A DNA stretch of 64,000 nt from Stegostoma tigrinum. Its lineage: Eukaryota. A program made the translations under genes and the position numbers. Each line of letters starts with the position of its first letter. Position 1 is the first letter of the stretch. Location: assembly GCF_030684315.1 (NCBI RefSeq), contig NC_081392.1:620001-684000 (forward strand), given 5' to 3'. Positions 37,490-50,403 of the stretch are shown piece after piece. The notes beneath the pieces are model-generated. The model was not told the DNA's origin. It made no database searches and saw only the letters and a list, made by a program, of their open reading frames with translations.

Positions 37490-38100
37490 TATTCACCAGC
37501 CAGAGCATTGAGTTTAAAAATTGGCAGTAATGTTGCAGTTTTATAGGACATTAGTTAGGCCAAATTTCAAATGTTGTGTTCAGTTCTGGTCACCACACTA
37601 CCAGAAGAATGTGATGGCTTTGGAGAAGGTACAGAAAAGATTTACCAGGATATTGCCTGGTATGGAGGGTATTGGCTATGAGGAGAGGTTGGAGAAACTT
37701 GGGTTGTTCTCACTGGAACAACAGAGGTTGAGGAGCAACCTGATAGAGGTCCAGAAGATTATGAAGGGCATGGACAGAATGGACAGCCAGAAGCTTTCTC
37801 CCAGGGTGGAAGAGTCAGTTACCATGGGTTTAAGATGCAAGGGGCAAGGTTTAACGATTATGTACAAGGCAAGTTTTTTACACAGAGGGTGGTGGGTGCC
37901 CGGAACTCACTGCTGGCGGAGGTAGTGGAAGCAGATAATATACTGACTTTTAAAGGGTGCCTTGACAAATATATGAACAGGATGGAAATAGAGGGATATG
38001 GTCCCTGGAAGGGTAGGGGGTTTTCGTTGTGATGGGCAGCATGTCGGTGCAGGCTTGGAGGGCTGAATGGCCTGTTCCTCTAATGTAATTGTTCTTTGTT
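37490..38100 (+). mobile_element. 5'-truncated CR1
   Basis: ORF 37521-37925 contains CVQFWSPHY..LEKVQKRFTR. Confidence 0.88.
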
Positions 38101-41100
38101 CTTATTATTTTATTTCTGCAAACTGAAACCTGCACTTTTGGTTTGGAACTTATGTAAAGCATACAATAAATGATCTATTCAACTTATGTATTGTGATAAA
38201 CTGTAGTTTCCACTAGCTGTTCCCTTTACAAAACTATATAATTGAGTACCTCATTTGAAGATATTCACAATGTGAAATGAAGGACTAGTGAAAATGCACA
38301 ATAAGGGCAGGGTCAAATAAAGCTCAAAACGTGGGAAACTCACAGCAGATGTTGGACCTAATCTTTAAGAAATCGTAGGCAATGTTTACATGATAAGAGC
38401 TTTAAAATGAGAAAGCACTAGCTGTTGGAAATTCACAGTAAATGCAAGGACTGGAAAATGCCAGAAAGCAGTGGAACCCACACAAGATAAAGGAAAATGT
38501 CAACCTGCCAACTGAACTCACTGAACCTCTTCCAACACAAGGTGCACAGTCTGTAAACAAACAATTTAAGAACTTTTAGAGCACTACTAATGAATTGCAA
38601 CACCAAAATGCCATCACATTTTCATTAAAAATGATAAATGATTCACAAAAATTGCTAATAGGTCATAAGTTCAATAAGTTGGTCAAACAAGTTTAAAGGA
38701 GTTGTATCACTGAGGAAGTGACCTCCAGGTGCAGGGAGCCATCAAGAGACAATAGAAAATTGTAAAAACTGAAAGAATTGCAGATGCTGTCACCAGGAAT
38801 GAAAACAGAGGTTGTTGGAAAAGCAGAGGTTGTTTAGTAGCATCTGTGAAGAAAGATCAGACATAACATTTTGGGTCCAGTGACCCAGTGGAAAGAAGTC
38901 ATTGAGTAATCCAAGAGGCCAGAATTAGATGAACTCAAGAACATCAGCATTTCAGAGGTTTGTGGGCCTGGAGCTAGTTGCAGAGTCAGGGAACATTTCA
39001 AATATTTCAAAACGAGTATGAAGATTTTCAAAGATGCTGATATGTCAACAAGCTAGCTCATTTTGGTTGGATGGTTGGTTTTGTATTGCAGAGTTAAGAC
39101 TACAGTGCAAATTCAATTCCCACATTGCTCAGGTAACCATGAAGATTACCATGTCATTGACGACTAGGTGGATAGAAGAATGTGACCAGATGCAAGCTAA
39201 GACTTAGATGACAGCCCATTGGAATAAGATCAAGTTTGTAGAAAGTAGAAATTAAGTGAACAACCAAGAAAAAAATGTAGGAAACACATAAAGGTTACAA
39301 GGTCAAAATAGCAAACATAAATAGGTCAAAGTATGCAAAGGAAACACATTTCTGGAGGAAGCAATAGAACTGGTACATTACCATGCTATATGAATTCAGG
39401 ATTATGTAATACAAGAGACAGCACAGATAATTAATGATGGGGTGGGTGACAGCTTATCAAAGTAATTGTGGTTAAATCAATCGAATGAATGTAGGGACAC
39501 AGAGCTTTGAGGGGAATGACTGAAATATATTGGACCATTTGCCTTAATGGAGAGTCTGGAGGTGAGATACAAGGTGCACACATACTTAGGTGCTAATGGT
39601 ATTAGTGAATGCTTTAATTTTTCAGTCACTCTATGGGCATGTGGAAAATAGAGAATACATTGCCAATTCCATTGCTCTTGAAAAGACAATTATGATCCAC
39701 CTTCCTGAGCCAAGCAATGGATCAAAAGTACAGATCTTCCTAACAGTTTTGCAGTTTTCTCTTTCATTTCTGAAAGCAACCACATAGTTGTGAGTCTGGA
39801 CTCATAGACCAGACCATTTAAGGCAGGCAAGCTACCTTGTTTTAGGGACATTAATGAAGTAATAATAAAGGAAATTAACTGCTCAACAATTTAGAAGGTT
39901 AAGGGGTGATCTGGTTGAAGATTTCAAAATATTAACATGCAAATACTGGGTAGATAATGATAGCTATTTCCGTTGAGGATTATAGAACTGGGGGCCATAG
40001 TTTGAGAACTAGGGCCAGACCATTCAGGAGATATGTCAGGAAGCACATCTACACTTGAAAAGTAGTAGATGTTTGGAAGTCTCTTCCACAAACCACAATG
40101 AATCCAGGAGCAGTTGCTAATTTTAAATCTGAGATTGATAATTTTATATAGCATTACAGCTCAGCCATGACCTCATTGAATGGTGAAACAGATTCGAGGA
40201 GCTGAATGATTTCCTCCTGTTCTTATGTTCACATGAATTTTGAGATAATGTACGGAAGCTTTCCAAAATGAGTTTGTAATATCGATGCTGCATTCATTTG
40301 TACAAATTAAATTATCTGCCATGACGGTTTCTGATCTCATATCTCAAGATTATTAACTCACACATCTAGATTACTAGTCCAGTCAAATGACAACTCTGCA
40401 AACTTACCCTGTAACGTAACATTTTGTTTCATTTGCTCTGGTGGAAAAACGCAATGGCTGTGGGTTTGCTTAAGTAATCAGCATGTTAAGCCCACATACC
40501 AGGCTGACGTTCTGTTCATATTGCATCTGTTGACCTATTTAAATCTTTTGCAGCTGTTCTCTGATAAGCACACATCCTGCCTGTTTGTATTCTGTGTCTG
40601 CTTTCTGTGTAATTTGATAATGTTGCTGTATCTTACCAAAAGTTTCCAGATGAGCATTAAAAGCGAAAAGTGCATACAAGTTTGCAGGTGTTCAAGCATT
40701 AATTGAAATGATGGAGCAGATGGAAGACTGGGACTTGCTGAATTGCTCTCACCTAGTACCAGTACTGACTCAGGTTCTGAACGGTCTCCTTCTGTGTTGT
40801 AACCATTCTGTCACTTAAAGAGGCAGAGAGAGAGTGATTCTTCTGCAGCAAAAAAATTGTGTAAGATCCTTAATCATATGTTCAGGAGCTCAGAAAATTT
40901 TTTTCCTAATATTTTCTTTTGTGGCATTAGATTACTTGGAGTTTTCAAGATTTAAGGATGATCAAATGATTTGACAAGTTAAGCAGAAAACAAATAATTG
41001 TTTAGGGTGGGATATAGAATAAAGGAGAATATCTTTAAAATTAGAGAGGGCCATCCAAAATGATATTATGAGGTGCTTTTTTTCAGACAAGAGTAGAGAT

Positions 41101-43299
41101 AAACTAGAATTTGATTCTCCTAGTAAGTTCTCGAGGCTGCACTTTATCTTGAAGACATCAAAATGAAGATGTTTTAAAGACATGGTTTCAAGTGTAACAG
41201 ATGAGCGAAAGTTGAGCTAAGATGGAAGCAAACTATAATGCATGCAAATGGCAGTAGATATTCAAGGGACTGAATGTTCATTTCCTGTGATCATGACACT
41301 AGGGCAGTTGAGTGACAGTTTGGAAACCCAGCAACACAATAAGGAAATTACCTTGACATGCACTTGTCTACAGTATGCATCACTTCACATGGTTGCTCAC
41401 TATTAGTCTGATAGACTGGCTGCATCATTGTATCAGGTTGTACAGCCATAATAATAGAAGTTCTGGAAAACATTCATTCATGCTCAGATGAGAAGCAAGC
41501 ATGTTCTACTTGTTGCTTATTCTCCAAGTTCACAACTGCAGTCATCAAATGATACAGCACAGAATGAAGGTCATCCTAAGAGAGATTTATTCAACTAGCA
41601 AATGGCCCTGTGGGAGGATATACATATCAGATTCATCTTCCAAAGTTATTTTTCAACCTCCAAACCCCTTTCAGAAAGTGTATTTCAGACCACAACCTCA
41701 AATTATGGCATTTATTTCCTACATGCCACCTTTGGTTCCTTTACTTAAAATTTGAGATCTGTTAACTGAGCTTCTCTCTAACCTCTCCATCAAATCCACT
41801 CTTATTTCTGTAACTCCATCACATTCCTCCACCTTAACTCCTTACTTTTATCATTCTAAGAGAATAATTGCTGCCTTTCTAATCCATCCAGCAACTGAAA
41901 GACCTTCCATGCTGGTACCATTCTTACAAATGACTTCTATATTCTTGCTAAGACATTGAAGCCCTTCCTAATCTGGAAGAGCAAAGTAACTACTATGTTA
42001 TATTCCTGTCAGCCCAGTACCATTCTGACAAATGGCATCAAAATTTTCTATACTAAAAGAAAAACCTCAGTTTTCCCACAATAGGAGATAAATGATGCTT
42101 CCCTGTAACCATAGGCCCCTACACCTTGCCCCAGTACCAGTTGGGCAATCTCCAATAGGTTTCTTTGTTCTGAATGACTGAATAGTAGTTTCTCCAACTG
42201 CTCTATAAAACTAAAGTCCCTTTTTAAATCAAGAATGTAGAATTAATGGAGCAACCAAGGCTGTGTGACACAGAAGACAAAGTAATCCTTTGCATAAACA
42301 GCAAAAGACAATACCAAGCATTGTCCTCGCAGGCAACTTCAGAGTAACAGTCACAACTTCTGTTCCATTTTATTTCACAGACGTGGCCAGATAATTTATA
42401 TAAAACTAATAAAATACATTGATTATTAGCTGGAGACTGACAAAAACTAGCAGGTTTTCAGCACTCACTACAAATTGAATAGATCTGTACGTGTGAGTAT
42501 TTCTGTACCCTGACATTGTAGTTCATGGTTAAGTCTTTGCTCTTTTTCAGGCTGCCTATCTCTCTTATTATTGCTTGGCAAATTTCAGTACCAATATCTA
42601 TCTACCTAGCCCCCTTTTTACCCATGTATCTATTTGTCTGCCAAATGATCACTCTATTTATTTAGTTCCCTAACTCTTGTTGTCTCTTTCACTTTCCCTC
42701 TGTCCCATCTCTTTCTCAGGGTCTAAATTTCTCTCTGTTTTACACATAGCATATCTGAGATGACAGGAAAGCAATGCTATGAAAAGGGAGCAGAGAAATC
42801 ATTATTTGAAATGTGTGTTGTTTTGTAGATGAAAGAGAAAAAAGAAAATATTAAGGGGACATTGTGAGAAAAGAAGTTACGAGGCATACTTGTCTGAATG
42901 ATTTAAATGCAAGGGAGCCAAAGAAGGAAACAATGAGAAAAGAAGGAAACAGAGGCCAAAACAGCAAATGTAATGGAATGAAGGCATGAACAGAAAGCTG
43001 AAAGAAAGGCAAATAACCAGAGATAAAAATAGATATAAATATGAAAGAGAAACCAAAGGAATGAAAATAATAGGCAAATATTTGATAGAAGCAAAGTAAG
43101 GCAGAAAGGGAAAATGTGTTTTTGCAAAAGAAATTAAAAATGGAAACAAAAGAATCTGAAATGCAAGTTATGAAAACCAAAATGGACAGAAAAGGTGATT
43201 TTATGGAAATAGAGAAATGAAATTAGGAAAGTTATGATTAAACATAAAAAAGGTAACCGTGGCCTTTAGCTGGAGAAATATATCAATGACTTTTCAAAA

Positions 43300-43560
43300 C
43301 ACCTTCACATGGAGGTGGCAGGTGGAAAGGATTCATTATTCTTATCAACCGGCAGGAAAAAACAGAACACTATCTCAGTCAGTAGGCGTCCCAACAAAGA
43401 GCACCATGACTGCAGCTCACCCATTCTGTTAAACCACAGAGCAAAACTTGTGTACAATGACCTACTTTTGAAACCTCTCAGCAGAAAGCTGCACCATACC
43501 ATTTAAACGCTCAGATCCCACAATTTCCGTTCAACCTGTTTATCAGCACAGCTGCGTGAT
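43300..43560. promoter_or_regulatory. Candidate TCR beta 3' enhancer
   Basis: Non-repeat block about 3.5 kb 3' of TRBC. Contains E-boxes (CAGGTG 43319, CAGCTG 43549), GATA (43341, 43370, 43540), ETS (CAGGAAA 43353), TCF/SOX (AACAAAG 43393) and RUNX (AACCACA 43432). Position matches mammalian E-beta. Confidence 0.4.
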
Positions 43561-44309
43561 GTCTTGTTTTTCTTTTCACTTGCAATTCAAGTATTATTTT
43601 GAAACAATATTCTTCAGAGATATCTGATCAACTTTGGGGATGATCATTGATATCAAATTTAAAGTCAGAAAACATGATCACTTTATCAAATTTGGCACTT
43701 AGTTGATAGCTTTTGGAAAAGTAAAATTACTCTTTAACTCTAATTATGGAATACCAGCAAACCTTCTCTAGACTCTTCCCTCTTCCACTGTTATTGCTGA
43801 CATTTGTTGAACTTCATATTTCACTTGAAGAAAATATTCAGAGTGACTGGGGGAGCTGGGGCAGGTTTCAGCGGGGTGAATAAGAAGACAAGAGGGTAAT
43901 AATTGGAAAAGAGAGGTTACATTATTATAAACCCAACTGAATTCATGCAAGAGAGTGTGGGGATGGTGGACAGGGAAAGGAACAGAAGTAGTAAAAGACA
44001 TGTATATGCAACGAGGGATAGCAAATGAAAGGCAATGAGAGAGAGACAGAGAGAGAGAGAATGAGGTTAGATGTGGAAAGAAAGAGCCAAAACAAAAGGA
44101 CAGTAAGATTCATTCAGAAACTTAGATAAGAAAATGAAATTAATGATAAACTGCACAAAAGTAGGAGATAGAAGGAGACTGAGGGCAGACATTGAAAAAG
44201 ACACAGAGAGAGAGAGACATGTTGGATAGACAGAGAAAGAAAGGAAAAAGAGACAGAGAGGGAAGGTGACAGTGAAAGGAAGGCAGATAGTTAGAAACAG
44301 AAAATGGAG

Positions 44310-45990
44310 CAGAAGCATCCAACTCATTAACCTGTTCATGCTTTCTCCCAATATTCTTCAATCCCTTTAGCCTTGAGAACTGTATTTTGAAAGCCTTAAA
44401 TATTTTGGCCACAAACGTTCCCTCTGGAAAATAATTCCACAGGTGAACCTTAACACTAACCCCTCACCCTAATCCTGAACCTATCACAGGCTTCCCATTC
44501 TTAGGGTGAAGAAATTGCTCCTCATCTCAGTGGCCTACCCTGTATGCTAAGACATTGAGCCCTGGTTCTGGACTTTCCAATAATTGGGAACTTACTGCTT
44601 TGCCACTGTAGTTCTGTTAGACTTTTATAGGTTTTTATGAGATACAACCATTATTCTTCAAAATGACATTGAATACAGTCACAATCAATCCAGTCTCTCT
44701 TCACACATCCAAAAAATTAGCCTGCTAAACCGTTAGTGCAATCACCCCATCGTTAGAACTTCCTACCTTAGATAAGAAGTCCAAAACTGTACATAATATT
44801 CCAGGGGTGTGTTCTTACCAAGGCCCAATAAAATTGTAGTTAGACATCTTGCTCCTGTACCCAAATCCTCTTGCTACGAAGGCCAAAATAACATTTGCTT
44901 CCTTCACCTGCATGCTTACTTTTAGCAACTGATGTACAAGGTTATCTTGTTATCATTGTACCTAGAGTCGTAGCTACATACAACATGGAACCATGCTGAC
45001 CAAGTTTCCCAAACCAAACCTGTTCCACTTACCTGCATTTGGCCCATATCCCCCAAAACCTTTCCTATCCATATGTCTTTTAAATGTTGTAACTGTAACT
45101 GTATCTACCACCTCATCTGGCAGCTCATTCCACATACGAACCACTCTTTTTGTGTAAAAGTTGCCCCTCCAGTCCCTTTTAAATCTTTCTCTTCTCACCT
45201 TTAAAATAGGCCCCTGGTTTTGAACTCACCCACCCCAGGAAAATAACCTTTGCTATTTATCTTATCCACGCCTTTCATGATTTCATAAACCGCTATTAGA
45301 TCACCACTCAACTTCCTACGCTCTCACGAAAAACACACCAGCCTATCCTTGTAACTCAACCCCACCAGTCCCAGTAACATCCTAGTAATTATTTTGGAAC
45401 AATCTCCAGTTTAATAATAACCTTCCCATAGCCTCCCACTCTGTCACTCTTCAGGCAATAATCTGCCTTCATATTTTTGCTACCAAAGTGGATAACCTCA
45501 CATTTATCTATATTATACTTCAAGCCTGGCACATTTACCCATTCACTCAGCTTTTCAGAAAATTACACAGCCATCTGTGCTTCCTCATTACGGTTCATCT
45601 GTCTCCTAGCTTCATTTTGTCTGAAACCATTTTAGTTTCAAATCAAAGTCATTTTCTATACATTGTAAATGTCTGGGGTTCAGCACAGACCCCTATGATG
45701 CTGTGCTCATCAATGCCTGCAACTCAAAAATATCAGTATATTCCTATTCCTAGCTGTCAACCAGTTTTCTACCCAAGTTAACACACCATCCCACATGCTC
45801 TAATTTTATACACAAACATAAACCCAATGCCTTATTTGGAAACTTATTGTGGGTATTCTGAAAGTCCAAGTAAACTGCTCACCCTTAGCAACTGTAATAA
45901 TTATATCCTCACAAAAACAAACAAGATTTGTCAAACATGATTTCCCTTTCCTGAATCCATGCTGACGCTGTGCATTTCTGTCACTGTTTT
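44310..45990 (-). mobile_element. Nested CR1 fragments
   Basis: QHGFRKGKSCLTNL and CR1 3' motifs. Confidence 0.8.
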
Positions 45991-46303
45991 CAAAACTGTT
46001 TTTCACTCTTATCTCTAGATTTTATTTTAAGAATTCAACCTTCTGCAATAGTAGAATTTCAACACAGACCCCCAGAATATTGCCTTCTTATCTAACAATA
46101 ATGCCATTAGACCATCACTTCTTTTGGAAATGTGATGAAGGCAAGTTCCCTGTATATCTCTTTTCATGAGTTACCCTTTGATACTTTCATTGACAGCATT
46201 CAACAAAATATATATTGGAAAATAGATGGGAAATGAAATGCGAAGGACATGGGGTAAAATTCAAATATTGATGAAAAGTCAAATTAGTTTTCAAAACTTT
46301 CTG

Positions 46304-46755
46304 TTTATTTCTTAAACAATTAACAGGTAGCAATATATACAGAGATCGTGTATGACTTGTCTATACCAGATCTACTGAGGACTTTGTGACAATGCATGAT
46401 TCTAATCTCTATTTTCATTGCAATCTGTAAGGTGATAGCTTTGACATTTGCATTAAAGGGGTTTTGAGTTCCAAACGCTTTCTACTGCCTCATAATATAT
46501 ATGGCTTTACAAAAATATGATTTGGGATGTAGAAATTTGCTTGCATAGTTGGATTAGAGAAACTGGGTTAGTTGATCTTGTAATTAATTGGAACTCATAG
46601 TTGACACTGAAAGAACAGGCACATGCATAATTGGTTGAATATCCTCCACTTGCACTCTAATCTCTCTAATTATATTTAGATTTTTTTTAGAAAGCGCTAG
46701 CATTGGATAATAAATGACAGACTGGTACAGGAATTGTGCAACTTTGAAATTTAAT
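46304..46755 (-). terminator. Candidate TRBC polyadenylation signals (ATTAAA 46750-46755; AATAAA 46304-46309)
   Basis: Hexamers on the minus strand about 260 and 710 nt after the stop. Which one is used cannot be told from sequence. Confidence 0.35.
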
Positions 46756-47015
46756 CTATTCAGACTACTGACAAAAGAAATTAAACAATGAAAATAATTA
46801 TTCTAGTTGAAAAGGAAGATCAAGGCATATTTTTTTCTGATAATCTCAAGCAACACCATTGGAGAGTCAGGGGAAAGGTCAAATTTACACTAGTACAGCA
46901 GGAATGGACCGGATAAAGTTACCGATTGATATTCACAATACACTGGATTTGTCTCTCCTTCCTCTTTCATGTGTTCTGCCGTTATCCATCCACTAAGTTC
47001 AATGCTTTGTAACGA

Positions 47016-47042
47016 TCAGTCATACCTTTTGCTGGAAGTGAC
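47016..47042 (-). CDS. TRBC: TRBC exon 4 coding part (cytoplasmic tail VTSSKRYD-stop)
   Basis: TTTCTTATTGGGCAATAG|GTC ACT TCC AGC AAA AGG TAT GAC TGA. Phase 0 matches exon 3, and the short basic tail is typical of TCR beta. Confidence 0.8.
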   Translation of the reverse strand, partial: VTSSKRYD

Positions 47043-47339
47043 CTATTGCCCAATAAGAAAACAGATGTATAACCATCAGGAGAATCATACAATGACTGAG
47101 CACTTAATGATGTTATTTAGTCCATTGTATCTCTACTCGTGCTTTGAATGAGCTTTCCAATTATTCTGTTCTTTCCCTATGTTCCAAATTCTGTTGCCAT
47201 TCAAAACACTTCTGCTGTCATTAGGAAATTAGAAATTTATCTCCTTTCAAGCAGTACTCACCAATCACAACATTTGTCTGTTTAGTAAAATAGCTCTCAT
47301 CTTTCCCATTGCTGACTGCTGATGCTAATCTTAATAAGT

Positions 47340-47765
47340 TTCCCAGGGACATAATTTACATGGCCCACAGCCAGGTCTGACCCATCTCCCGCACTTCAGC
47401 CCTCACCTCTTACTTGCCTTCCCTACCATCCCATCAACATCCACATTCAGAGGATCATTAGCTACCATTTCCACCACCTCCAGTGGGATACCACCACTCG
47501 ACACATATTCCCCTCCCCTCTCTTCTCAGTCTTCAGTCTTCAGGACATCCCAGTCCACTTATCCTTCAGTGTCAACTCCCCCCACAGCCCCATGGTGTCT
47601 GCAACCGCAGAAAGTGCATTACCTGCCTATTTACTTCCTCCCTTCTCAGGTGAATCAGCACTTAACCCATACTCCACTCAATCTGAAGAAGGGTCACTGG
47701 GCCTGAAATATTAACTCTGATTTCTCTATAGACCTGCTGAGATTTTCCAGCAATTTCTATTTTAA
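47340..47765 (+). mobile_element. Penelope fragment in TRBC intron 3
   Basis: C-rich decayed ORF-like remnant ending in CTGAAGAAGGGTCACTGGGCCTGAAA and the shared terminal repeat. Confidence 0.6.
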
Positions 47766-48529
47766 ACTTGTGAAGTTGGTAGGAAAGGAGGAAAGTAAAA
47801 TTTTAATTAAATTTTAAGGTCCTGGAAAAACTTGGAAGTGCAAGTGATCTAACTGTCCTTGTGCAGAATTAACTAATTAACTTGCAGATAGAGCAAACAA
47901 ATAGGGTTGAAAATCACATGTTGACTTTTACTTCAAGAGGATTCAAGATTAAAAGCAAAGATGCCTTGCTGAAACTCTCCAGGGAACATCTGGAATACCA
48001 CAAACTATTCTGGTTTCTTTTCAGAGAAATAAAACCTGCCTTAGAAAGGCACAAGAAAAACCAAAATAAAACAGCTGAGCTGAAGGGGTAGTCCTTCCAT
48101 GCAATTATGCTCCGAGGAATTTAGAAGAATGTGAGCTAGCCTTATTAAAACAAATGCAACTCTTACAAGTGAGAAGACATGATAGGTGTCTGAGTACACA
48201 GACATAATAAATTAAAGCACAGGAATTTACAGAATGAAAGTCTCAAGGATTGGACAGGATTAGCCATTATTGCATTAAATGGGAGAATGAGGATGAGGGA
48301 ATCAAAATAAATTCTGTTTCTGTTTTTCATTTTCATCTCTAATGGCAAGGAGTTACTGAGGTGAAAACATAGACACCTTTATTGGTAAGGTAGACAAATG
48401 CCCAAGGGCCAAATCACTAGAAAGTTTATTTGAAATCAGAGCAGGTTAATATGGTATATGAACACCGAATAGACAAGCCAGGCCAAATGATCTGTGTTGT
48501 TCACTCTTCATAATTCTACCACCGTGCTG

Positions 48530-48837
48530 CGGCACGGCTCAGTGTTTAGCACAGCAGCCTCACAGCGCCAGGGACCCGGGTTCAATTCCCGCCTTGGGCA
48601 ACTGTCTGTGTGGAGTTTGCACATTCTCCCTGTGTCTGCGTGGGTTTCCTCCGGGTGCTCTGGTTCCTCCCACAGTCCAAAGATGTGCGGGTTAGGTGGG
48701 TTGGCCATGCTAAATTGCCCGTAGTGTTCAGCGGCGTGTGGGTTATAGGGGGATAGGTATGGGTGGGATGCTTCAAGGGGCTGTGTGGACTTGTTGGGCC
48801 GAAGGGCCTGTTTCCACACTGTAGGGAATCTAATCTA
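48530..48837 (+). mobile_element. tRNA-derived shark SINE (HE1-like) in TRBC intron 3
   Basis: B box GGTTCAATTCC, family body, AATCTAATCTA tail. Confidence 0.9.
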
Positions 48838-48996
48838 AACCTCTGAAAAGGTGAGTTCCCACAATGACTTCGTAGACACTGCACATTCATTCCAAAACCC
48901 AATGTGGAATTTTCCAATTACTTGGAAAAATCTATAGCATGGCATAAATTATATATGTCAGCCAATGAATCTGCACCCGAGATTATATTTATATTA

Positions 48997-49525
48997 CTTG
49001 GAATACTGCGTCCAGTTCTGGGCGCCCTATTATAGGAAAGATGTGGATGCTTTGGAGAGGGTTCAGAGGAGGTTTACCAGGATGCTGCCTGGACTGGAGG
49101 GCTTATCTTATGAAGAGAGGTTGACTGAGCTCGGTCTCTTTTCATTGGAGAAAAGGAGGAGGAGAGGGGACCTAATTGAGGTATACAAGATAATGAGAGG
49201 CATAGATAGAGTTGATAGCCAGAGACTATTTCCCAGGGCAGAAATGGCTAGCACGAGGGGTCATAGTTTTAAGCTGGTTGGTGGAAAGTATAGAGGGGAT
49301 GTCAGAGGCAGGTTCTTTACGCAGAGAGTTGTGAGAGCATGGAATGCGTTGCCAGCAGCAGATGTGGAAGCAAGGTCATTGGGGTCATTTAAGAGACTGC
49401 TGGACATGTATATGGTCACAGAAATTTGAGGGTGCATACATGAGGATCAATGGTCGGCACAACATTGTGGGCTGAAGGGCCTGTTCTGTGCTGTACTGTT
49501 CTATGTTCTATGTTCTATGTTCTAT
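48997..49525 (+). mobile_element. Young 5'-truncated CR1, antisense in TRBC intron 3
   Basis: Uninterrupted ORF2 C-terminus (LEYCVQFWAPYYRKD...FFTQRVVRAWNALP) and a clean (TTCTATG)n tail. Confidence 0.92.
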
Positions 49526-49624
49526 TTACTGCTCTTGTCATCAAGGCAATTTTGGACTGAGGATACCACCATTATGCACTAGCAAAACTGAAGTCAATAG
49601 ATATCAGGGAGAAATAAAACCTTT

Positions 49625-50091
49625 TGTGTTTCAAGAAGGCAGCTCATCATCAGCTTCCCGAGGGCAATAGGATTATTCAATAAATAGCCTTGTGAATACC
49701 CACATCCTATGAATAATTTTTTTTAAAAATCTGTTAAATGAAAATCATAGAATCATACAGTACATAAGAGGCTCTTTGACCTATTAAATCTATTTCACCA
49801 AAGCTACATTAAATCCAAACTAATCCCACCAGCACTGAAGGCTGAAGACTGAGAAGAGAGGGTAGGGGAATATGTGTCTGTGTTTCAAGAAGGCAGCTCA
49901 TCATCAGCTTCTCTAGGGCAATAGGATTATTCAATAAATAGCCTTGTGAATACCCACATCCTATGAATAATTTTTTTTTTAAATCTGTTAAATGAAAGTC
50001 ATAGAATCATACAGTACAGAAGAGGCCCTTTGACCTATTAAATCTATTTCGCCAAAGCTACATTAAACCCAAACTAATCTCACCAGCACTG
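49625..50091 (+). repeat. 213-bp tandem duplication (49625-49837, 49879-50091) with templated spacer
   Basis: Near-identical direct copies. The spacer 49835-49878 is the reverse complement of 47500-47543. Confidence 0.92.
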
Positions 50092-50296
50092 GACCAACAG
50101 TCTTGAATGATATAATATTTTGAGTTCTCATTCAAGTACTTTTAAAATGTTGTGAGTGTACCCACTTTGACTACCCTCACAGGCAATGCATTCCAGATGC
50201 AACCACTCTAAATAAAACATGTTTGTTCGTTTTTAAAAATACCCAGCTTAAATATATGATGCATATTTCTAAGAATGTAAGTCAGTTCAATCTTAC

Positions 50297-50403
50297 CTTA
50301 GCTTTCCAAGCAAGAAATGACACGAACAATGCATACAAGATGCTTTTGCAGAACAGGATCACATATGTCAATTTTGCTGCTCCCATGCTTTGGAATTTTT
50401 CTT
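50297..50403 (-). CDS. TRBC: TRBC exon 3 (connecting peptide and transmembrane)
   Basis: TTTCACAG|AAG...AAG|GTAAGA, 107 nt. Encodes EEKFQSMGAAKLTYVILFCKSILYALFVSFLAWKAK, with the TCR-beta TM motif YxILxxKxxLY including the CD3-interacting Lys. Confidence 0.95.

Noticed and set aside
40535-40570. Alternative TRBC last exon (NSCKRFK-stop like)
   Set aside because: Weak acceptor; 47016-47042 is closer and has a better acceptor and the correct phase.
36076-44412. Hydrophobic minus-strand ORFs (36076-36456, 42851-43180, 44067-44351)
   Set aside because: Artefacts of purine-rich low-complexity DNA, not membrane proteins.
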